In this document: in pieces, positions 57,974 through 64,000 of the stretch
Layout: every line of letters begins with the position of its first letter
Position numbering within the stretch: the first letter of the stretch is position 1
Assembly: GCA_963730845.1 (NCBI GenBank)
Contig: CAVSTM010000003.1
Location: 30,713-94,712, forward strand
Length of the DNA stretch: 64,000 nucleotides
From: an uncultured Acidobacteriaceae bacterium
GTDB taxonomy: Bacteria; Acidobacteriota; Terriglobia; Terriglobales; Acidobacteriaceae
Direction of reading: 5' to 3'
Notes under the pieces: generated by a model
Told to the model about the DNA's origin: nothing
The model's input: the letters and a program-made list of their open reading frames with translations, nothing else
Databases searched by the model: none
Made by a program: the position numbers and the translations under genes

Positions 57974-58219
57974 GGGGACCTCCTTCAGTCTCCAACACAG
58001 CCTTACTGGTTAAGGTTGTCCCCCTAGGGGAAGGTATTGTCTTAATTCTAGAACGTCGAGCCGAGGCGGGAATGCATTTTTTTTTGAAAAATTTCATTGT
58101 CGTCTACAGTGTTTACTGTATGGTTGCAGATTCCTTTCGCGTGTGGCGAAGCTGCGTTTCCATCCGGCCCTGTACTCCAGCCATTTTGTTTCAATCTGAA
58201 AGCCCTCTACACTGAAACC

Positions 58220-59200
58220 TTGCGCACGCTGATCATTCTTTTTTTGGTTGTCGCGCTCGCCGCTAGCGGCTGGGTGGCTTGGCAGCTCCACGCTCCGATT
58301 ACCCCTCCAGGCAATACTTCTTTGCTGCTGCGTTCCGGGTATTCGACGCGCCGGATCGCGGCGGAATTGAAGAAGGCAGGCGTGATCCGCAGCGAACTCG
58401 TTTTTCGGGCCTGGCACTGGTTGCACCCCAAGCCATCTTTGAAGGCGGGCGAGTATCGTTTCGAGCGGGAGGCGACGCTTCCCCAGGTGTACGAGCGGAT
58501 CGCGCGCGGCGATATCTACTTCCACGTGGTCACCATTCCGGAAGGCTACACGATGTTCGACATCGCTCTGGCGATGGAGAATGCGGGGCTCGGATCGGCG
58601 GCCGATTTTCTGCACATTGCCGAAACCCAGACCCAGCTGATCTCGGACCTGGCTCCTGAGGCAAAGTCGCTCGAGGGCTATCTGTTCCCCAACACTTACC
58701 AGTTCACGCGCACGCAGAGCCTGGAGGAAATGGTGGCGACGATGGTCCACCAGTTCCGGCAGACGGCGCAACAGATCGGGCTGAACTCGGACATCCCCAG
58801 GATCGTGACCATGGCATCGATCGTGGAGAAGGAGACAGCCGCGCCGGAAGAGCGACCGCGCGTGGCCAGCGTGTATTACAACCGCCTGGCGCAAAAGATG
58901 GCGCTCGACGCCGATCCGAGCGTGATCTACGCGGAGTTGCTGACGGGCACCTACTCGGGAAGCCTCCATCACGCTGACTTGGCGGTGAATTCGCCCTACA
59001 ACACTTATCGTTTTCCAGGGTTGCCACCGGGGCCAATCGCCAATCCGGGAAGAGGTGCGCTGGAGGCGGCTTTGCACCCCGACAGTACGAAATTCTTTTA
59101 TTTTGTTAGCGATGCCAATGGGCACCACCGCTTCGCCAGCAGCCTCGAGGAACACAATCGGAACGTGATGGCCTATCGTCGTTCGCTCGGCTTGCGCTAA
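58220..59200 (+). CDS. mltG: endolytic murein transglycosylase MltG (YceG-like)
   Basis: ...SLEGYLFPNTYQF...ASIVEKET...SVYYNRL...SPYNTY...GLPPGPIANPG. The ORF has no ATG before the TM helix, so a TTG at 58220 was chosen (MRTLIILFLVV). Start uncertain. Confidence 0.85.
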   Translation: MRTLIILFLVVALAASGWVAWQLHAPITPPGNTSLLLRSGYSTRRIAAELKKAGVIRSELVFRAWHWLHPKPSLKAGEYRFEREATLPQVYERIARGDIYFHVVTIPEGYTMFDIALAMENAGLGSAADFLHIAETQTQLISDLAPEAKSLEGYLFPNTYQFTRTQSLEEMVATMVHQFRQTAQQIGLNSDIPRIVTMASIVEKETAAPEERPRVASVYYNRLAQKMALDADPSVIYAELLTGTYSGSLHHADLAVNSPYNTYRFPGLPPGPIANPGRGALEAALHPDSTKFFYFVSDANGHHRFASSLEEHNRNVMAYRRSLGLR

Positions 59201-59275
59201 GCACTGAACCCTCCGCTGCCTTATACTAATCTCATACGCATTGTGGCAAAGGCTCTCCCGGATAGTGGCATAGGA

Positions 59276-60205
59276 ATGTATCGTTCTCATCTGCGCCTTT
59301 TGTTTCTTTTACTTCTGTCGGCGGCTACGTTTCCGCTGGGCGGATGTCTGTTCCGTACGCGCACTGTCGACCGTCAGTTCTCGGACCGTCCACTGAAGAC
59401 CGCGACCCAGCAGGAACTAATCGATTACATCAACACGCAGGCCGCCAGGATTCAGTCGATGCAGGCGACCGTGGATATTGACGCTTCGGCTGTAGACCTG
59501 AAAAGCCACACCGCCACCGACTACAAGGAGATTCGCGGCTACGTGCTGGTGCGCAAGCCGGCCATGCTTCGCATGAAAGGCTTGCTCCCTCTGGTGCGCA
59601 ACACGGCATTTGACATGGTGAGCGACGGGCAGGAATTCAAGTTATGGATCCCTCCGCAGAATAAGTTCGTCCTGGGCTCGAACAACGCCGAAAATTACCG
59701 GCCGGACAAGCGCTTGGAGAACATGCGTCCACAGTACATTTACGACGCGCTGCTACTGCCGGAAATCGGCCACGACGATGCCGTGCTGGAAAACGAATAT
59801 GAAACCGTCCTGGACTCGAAGCGGCATCGCGTTGAACAGCCGAATTACAGCGTGCTGGTTATCCGCAGAGGTCCTCAGGGCGCGTACCTGTCCCGCAAAA
59901 TCGATTTCAGCCGAGTCGACCTGCTGCCGTACCGGCAAAGAATCTATGACCAAGGGGGAAACGTCGCGACCGACGTGCACTACCTGGATTACAAGGACTT
60001 CAGCGGGACTACCTTCCCGAACACGATAAAGATCGAACGGCCACGGGAGAATTACGACATCACGCTGAGCATTGTCAAACTGGAAATCAATAAAACGCTG
60101 ACTGACGACCAGTTCGTGCTGGAGCAACCGCCCGGGGCTGATCTGGTGCGCCTCGATCAGTCCAACACCAGCGAAGCAAGAACCGCAGCTAGCCCAAGCA
60201 AGTAA
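59276..60205 (+). CDS. LolA-like / outer-membrane lipoprotein-sorting-like lipoprotein
   Basis: MYRSHLRLLFLLLLSAATFPLGGC lipobox. The half-barrel-like repeat pattern is an assignment by eye only. Confidence 0.5.
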   Translation: MYRSHLRLLFLLLLSAATFPLGGCLFRTRTVDRQFSDRPLKTATQQELIDYINTQAARIQSMQATVDIDASAVDLKSHTATDYKEIRGYVLVRKPAMLRMKGLLPLVRNTAFDMVSDGQEFKLWIPPQNKFVLGSNNAENYRPDKRLENMRPQYIYDALLLPEIGHDDAVLENEYETVLDSKRHRVEQPNYSVLVIRRGPQGAYLSRKIDFSRVDLLPYRQRIYDQGGNVATDVHYLDYKDFSGTTFPNTIKIERPRENYDITLSIVKLEINKTLTDDQFVLEQPPGADLVRLDQSNTSEARTAASPSK

Positions 60206-60226
60206 GTCTCTGGAAAAACAAGAAAT

Positions 60227-61333
60227 ATGATGAACCGCATGATCGTCGGGAATCTGGTGCATCGGCCGGTGCGCTCGCTTATCAGCGTGGTGGCGATAGC
60301 GCTCGAAGTCACGATGATCCTGCTGATCGTGGGGCTCTGCCTGGGGATGCTGCAGGATAATCGCACCCGAACGGCCGGCATTGGGGCCGACGTGCTGGTG
60401 CGTCCGCCGGGTTCATCGTTCATCGCTGGATTTTCGGGTGCACCCATTTCAGTCAAGGTCGGAGAAGTGCTGGCTAAACTGCCCCATGTAAAGAGCGTGG
60501 CCCCGGTGATTCAGCAAATCACCTCGGCGGGCTCGCTCGAAATCATCACGGGCATCGACTTGCCCAGCTATGAAAGTATGTCGTCTGGCTTCCGCTATTT
60601 GGAGGGCGGTCCATTTCAGGGGCCGTACGATGTGCTGGCCGACGATCTTTTTGCCCAGTCACAGCACGCCAAGGTGGGCGACACGATCGAAATTCTGAAC
60701 AACAAATTTCGCATCTCCGGGATCGTGGGACGAGGCAAGGGCGGTCGCAAGTTCGTTCCGTTGAACACCCTGCAGGACTTGGTGGGCGCCAAGGGTATGG
60801 CCACCATTTTCTATCTCAAGCTCGACGATCCGGGGAACGCGGACGCGGTTGTCGATGAAATCAAGCATGTTCCCGGCATGGAGCATTACATGGCGACCTC
60901 GATGGCGTCCTACCTGGCCATGGTGACCACCAGCAATTATCCGGGGCTTTCGACCTTTATCGATGTCGTCGTCGGTATCTCTGTAGTCATCGGATTCATC
61001 GTAATCTTCCAGGCCATGTACACGGCGGTGATGGAGCGGACGCGGGAAATAGGCATTTTGAAGTCCATGGGAGCGTCGAAACTGTACATCGTGAATGTGG
61101 TGCTGCGGGAGACCGTGCTGCTGGCGCTGGGTGGCATCGTCCTGGGGATCGTGGTGAGTCTGGCGGCCCGAACGGCACTGGCCCACAAATTCCCCCTGCT
61201 GCAGGTGGTGGTTGACGGTGGTTGGATCGTGCGCTCAACCCTGATTGCCGTTGCCGGTGCGGTTGCCGGCGCGCTCTATCCGGCGTATAAGGCGGCACAG
61301 AAGGATCCCATCGACGCATTGGCGTACGAATAG
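60227..61333 (+). CDS. ABC transporter permease, FtsX/MacB-type
   Basis: N-terminal TM helix, large periplasmic domain, then 3 TM helices with ...REIGILKSMGAS... (FtsX-domain hallmark). Confidence 0.85.
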   Translation: MMNRMIVGNLVHRPVRSLISVVAIALEVTMILLIVGLCLGMLQDNRTRTAGIGADVLVRPPGSSFIAGFSGAPISVKVGEVLAKLPHVKSVAPVIQQITSAGSLEIITGIDLPSYESMSSGFRYLEGGPFQGPYDVLADDLFAQSQHAKVGDTIEILNNKFRISGIVGRGKGGRKFVPLNTLQDLVGAKGMATIFYLKLDDPGNADAVVDEIKHVPGMEHYMATSMASYLAMVTTSNYPGLSTFIDVVVGISVVIGFIVIFQAMYTAVMERTREIGILKSMGASKLYIVNVVLRETVLLALGGIVLGIVVSLAARTALAHKFPLLQVVVDGGWIVRSTLIAVAGAVAGALYPAYKAAQKDPIDALAYE

Positions 61334-61454
61334 CCATACGCCATTCCACGGCTTCGCTTTTGATTCGCCCGGCACTTGCCGGCGCTGTTCTGCTTAATAA
61401 TTTTCCTCGCAAATCGCAACAGAATGCACGATACTGCCGGTGAAAACTGCGCCG

Positions 61455-61463
61455 TGCTATAAT
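61455..61463 (+). promoter_or_regulatory. candidate extended -10 promoter element (TGcTATAAT)
   Basis: Perfect TGnTATAAT ~105 nt upstream of the 61569 ATG. Confidence 0.4.
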
Positions 61464-61568
61464 CACGCGCCGTTACGCAAAGCAACGCAGTTCTGTAGCC
61501 AGTTGTCCTAATTCCTTGGACCTGTGCGCGGAATGCGCGCCGGTGACCACAAATAAGCAGGAGGAGAT

Positions 61569-62003
61569 ATGCGCTTCGATGATCCGACTCTCTACGGTCG
61601 GGACGATGAGACGGACGAGTACAGCGACAGCGGCGCTTATGGCGAATCGCTGGAAGAAGATTTGGACGAGGAAGAAGAAGAGGAAGAGGAGCCTACCCTC
61701 TTAGAGGAGGGCGACGAGCTTCCCGTGCCTCTAGCGGAACCCGTGCGAGCACCTGCGCCCGTAACTCCATCGGGTGGCGGCGGGAGCCAGGGCGGACCTC
61801 CGAAGAAGAAGGCCCCGGCCAAGAAAGCCCCGGCCAAGAAGGCGCCTGCCAAGAAAAAAGCGGCAAAGAAAAAGAAAGCGGCGAAGAAGCCGAAGAAAGC
61901 CGCCAAGAAACCCGCCCGGAAAAAAGCAGCCGCGAAGAAGAAAGCGCCGAAAAAGCCGGCACGAAAAAAAGCGGCGCGCAAGAGGGGCGGTCGCCGCCGT
62001 TAG
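61569..62003 (+). CDS. bipolar low-complexity protein: acidic N-terminal half, histone H1-like AKKAP/KKAA C-terminal half
   Basis: AGGAGGAGAT-ATG. DEEEEEEEEP run followed by KKKAPAKKAPAKKAPAKKKAAKKKKAAKKPKKAAKKPARKK... Confidence 0.7.
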   Translation: MRFDDPTLYGRDDETDEYSDSGAYGESLEEDLDEEEEEEEEPTLLEEGDELPVPLAEPVRAPAPVTPSGGGGSQGGPPKKKAPAKKAPAKKAPAKKKAAKKKKAAKKPKKAAKKPARKKAAAKKKAPKKPARKKAARKRGGRRR

Positions 62004-62067
62004 CGTTCCGCGCGTCCCAATTGAGGATGGCGGAGGTCCGGCTCTCGTCCGGCTTCCGCCATCACAC

Positions 62068-62463
62068 TTACTTTCCATCGGGCACGATTGCTTCCGCTTC
62101 GATCTCCACCAGCATCTCCGGAGAAACCAGGGCGGTGATCGCCATCATGCTGCTCGCCGGACGAATGTCGCGGAAAAATTCTCCGTGAGCCTTTCCTGCT
62201 TTTTCCCAATCCGCAATGTTGGTAAGAAACACGCGCGTACGAACTACGTCTTTCAGTGATGCTCCGGCCCGCCCCAGCGCGCGTTCAATGTTCTTGAGGG
62301 TTTGAACCGCCTGCGCATAGGCATCACCCGCGCCCACGATTTTGCCGTCGGCTCCAGTCGCGGTTGTGCCCGCAACGTGGACATACGCGCCTACACGAAC
62401 CGCACGAGAGTAACCGACAACCGGCTCCCACGGTGTTCCGCTTGAAATGTTGGTACGCTCCAC
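62068..62463 (-). CDS. RidA/YjgF-family reactive intermediate deaminase
   Basis: Start set to GTG 62463 behind AAGGAGGG. ...[18 protein letters not shown]..., ...VEIEAEAI. Confidence 0.85.
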   Translation of the reverse strand: MERTNISSGTPWEPVVGYSRAVRVGAYVHVAGTTATGADGKIVGAGDAYAQAVQTLKNIERALGRAGASLKDVVRTRVFLTNIADWEKAGKAHGEFFRDIRPASSMMAITALVSPEMLVEIEAEAIVPDGK

Positions 62464-62759
62464 TCCGCCCTCCTTTTTGTGCCTCACGATGTTAATAGAC
62501 TCGGTTACCCTAGATAGGTCTAGTCAATCATGTAATTAGATTCAGTGAATCATGTATTTCGATTCCATGATGCAGAATTAGCAGTTACCCCCCTTGGCTG
62601 CCAATAAATCCTTTCAAACCCCGCGACCGGCGCGGGCTTCTAACTACAGTAGTGGCTCATTGGTCACTTGCGTTGGAGCAGGATTCGCGGTATCTAATCC
62701 ACACAACGCTTTGTTCCGATAGGAGCAAAGAGGGGAACGGTGGGGAGGGAAGTGGGGCT

Positions 62760-63314
62760 ATGGAGATTCCGGAGACGCATCCGCTGCAGCAACTGTTTGT
62801 TGAACTCGTCGGCCGTCATTATGCCGAGGAGATTGGAATTCGCGATCCGCAAGTCGTGAGCTACGTCGCGCATCTGCTCTCCGAGTTTTGCGATGCTGAG
62901 CAGCTTTTGAGGATCCGCAACGCAGCGGGGAAGCCGTTGAACGATGTCGGCGAGATGCTGATCGAATCGGACCCGATCTACGGCCCGGCACCCTCGTTCG
63001 ATCGCGAGCGCCAGGTTCGTAAGCACATTGGCGACTTCACGCTGTTTTACGCCGGCATGTTCCCGGAGAGCATCAATCACTATCGCCTGCGCCGCCAGCG
63101 CGTCGAGAACTTCGTGGATTGGGTGAAAGCCGGAAAAGAAAGCTATTACATCGTGTCGAAGTTCGAGCACTTCGAATACGCCAAGGTGGCGCCGCTGTTC
63201 GCGCAACTCTCGCAAAGGTTTGAACAGTGCGTTTATGGACTAAACCTGGTGAAGAACGAACTTGAAGTGATGCAGCACCCGATCGCGAGGATGAGCAACG
63301 AACTGATAATGTAG
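62760..63314 (+). CDS. conserved hypothetical protein
   Basis: Start at MEIPETHPLQQ. 184 aa, helical, protein-like composition. No family recognised. Confidence 0.55.
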   Translation: MEIPETHPLQQLFVELVGRHYAEEIGIRDPQVVSYVAHLLSEFCDAEQLLRIRNAAGKPLNDVGEMLIESDPIYGPAPSFDRERQVRKHIGDFTLFYAGMFPESINHYRLRRQRVENFVDWVKAGKESYYIVSKFEHFEYAKVAPLFAQLSQRFEQCVYGLNLVKNELEVMQHPIARMSNELIM

Positions 63315-63568
63315 GAGAAGTCAGAGGTCAGAAAGTAAATTGAAGAAGTAAAACCCTTTGCCTCTCGGACGGACGCGACAAAGCTCGCAACGAGTTCTTT
63401 GGCTTCCTGAACTGTCGCGCGCCACTTTTCCTCGGGGAAGATTCCAGCATCCTGCATCCACTCCAGCCAGAAGGCGGTTTCGCCGGCTTCTTCCAGCACA
63501 ATACCGAGTTTGGCGACGAGTAGCGCAAACCTTCGTGTCCACTCCTGCAGTTTCTCAAACTGTTCCAC
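63233..63568 (-). pseudogene. four-helix-bundle protein (23S rRNA intervening-sequence protein family), C-terminal half only
   Basis: ...VAKLGIVLEEAGETAFWLEWMQDAGIFPEEKWRATVQEAKELVASFVASVREAK resembles the helix 3-4 consensus of that family. Only ~60 nt remain between the ORF start and the right arm, so the N-terminal half is missing. The 3' part of the ORF (63233..63352) is read-through into the repeat and the neighbouring gene. Confidence 0.55.
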
Positions 63569-63672
63569 TCCTGAAACCTACCGCCTGCCTGCTCAATTGG
63601 CAGTGACTCTTCTCACACTCAGATTGGTCGGTTTTACTTCTTCAATTTAACTTCCGACTTCTGAGTTTTCAC
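63316..63672. mobile_element. family C inverted-repeat cassette carrying a truncated four-helix-bundle (23S rRNA IVS-type) gene
   Basis: Left arm GAGAAGTCAGAGGTCAGAAAGTAAATTGAAGAAGTAAAACC (63316..63352) is the complement of right arm GGTTTTACTTCTTCAATTTAACTTCCGACTTCTGAG (63630..63668). Confidence 0.5.
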
Positions 63673-64000
63673 CATCCGCCTGCCGCTGATCTCGAATTTT
63701 CCTTCCAGCGCAATTCTGATCGCTTCGGAGTATGCGATGTGTTCCTGCTCGAGAATGCGCGCGGCGAGCGTGTGCTCGTCATCAGAGTCCAGCACCGGTA
63801 CAGTTTTTTGCACGATGATCGCGCCATGATCGAGCTCCTCATCCACGAAGTGCACCGTGCACCCGGACACCTTTACGCCGTAGGCAAACGCTTGGTGCTG
63901 CGCTTCGAGTCCCGGAAAGGACGGTAGCAGCGATGGATGAATGTTGAGAATTTTCGCCGGAAACTGTTGCACGAACCAGGGCGAGAGCAGGCGCATGTAG
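63634..64000 (-). CDS. purN: phosphoribosylglycinamide formyltransferase PurN, C-terminal part (5' end outside window)
   Basis: ILNIHPSLLPSFPGL...GVKVSGCTVHFVDEELDHGAII. The last residues (KTQKSEVKLKK) are encoded by the family C repeat arm. Confidence 0.88.
   Translation of the reverse strand, partial: YMRLLSPWFVQQFPAKILNIHPSLLPSFPGLEAQHQAFAYGVKVSGCTVHFVDEELDHGAIIVQKTVPVLDSDDEHTLAARILEQEHIAYSEAIRIALEGKFEISGRRMVKTQKSEVKLKK

Noticed and set aside
58094-59290. 398-aa minus-strand ORF
   Set aside because: It lies antisense to mltG, which has clear family motifs, and its composition is Arg-rich nonsense.
62025-62063. Terminator between the H1-like gene and ridA
   Set aside because: The GATGGCGGAGG...CTTCCGCCATC stem is real, but no U-tract follows on either strand. 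I left it uncalled.
61637-62078. Three antisense or alternate-frame ORFs over the H1-like gene
   Set aside because: They are artefacts of the AAG/GCC repeat composition. Only the plus-strand frame has an SD and a start codon in a sensible context.
1-64000. tRNA, rRNA, tmRNA or RNase P genes
   Set aside because: I found no T-loop (GGTTCGAATCC-like) context outside coding sequence, and none of these RNAs' conserved motifs on visual scanning. This was not checked with tRNAscan or Infernal.
1-64000. Prophage, integrative element or defence island
   Set aside because: No integrase, transposase, phage structural gene, restriction-modification gene or known defence gene was recognised. vapBC is the only accessory-type module.

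Overview
GC-rich bacterial chromosomal segment. Gene content, protein architectures and repeat families look Acidobacteriota-like, but that is inference only. I call about 60 protein-coding genes, mostly housekeeping: recA, tyrS, hemL, purH, purN (partial), panB/panC, greA, carD, ruvX, mltG, rsmI, rsmD, bcp, ogt and mpg. Alongside them are secreted or envelope proteins: an FG-GAP giant, a GH5, an OprB-type porin, an OmpA-like protein and several TPR proteins. I found no rRNA, tRNA, CRISPR array, transposase, integrase or prophage. Main observations: (1) A SAM-I riboswitch precedes a zinc-ribbon ThrC-like enzyme and a MoaD/ThiS-like sulfur carrier ending in GG-AE; this probably makes homocysteine by a sulfur-carrier route. 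(2) At least five families of short GC-rich palindromic repeats fill the intergenic space. One is a heptad-periodic inverted repeat that, in one copy, flanks a 5'-truncated four-helix-bundle (23S rRNA IVS-type) gene. (3) About 16 apparent frameshifts lie in 8 otherwise well-conserved genes, purH included. They are clustered, and most can be explained by a single-base insertion, so they need read-level verification. (4) There is a tandem pair of large secreted paralogs (CarboxypepD_reg-like, TPR, unknown C-terminal domain). (5) An RcnR-type (H-C-H-H) metalloregulator has a G6 operator inside its own promoter but no efflux gene next to it. (6) Further items: an acidic/basic bipolar H1-like protein, a chimeric receiver/HAF-repeat ORF, and a vapBC module. 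Homology calls come from reading the translations by eye; no database search was run.
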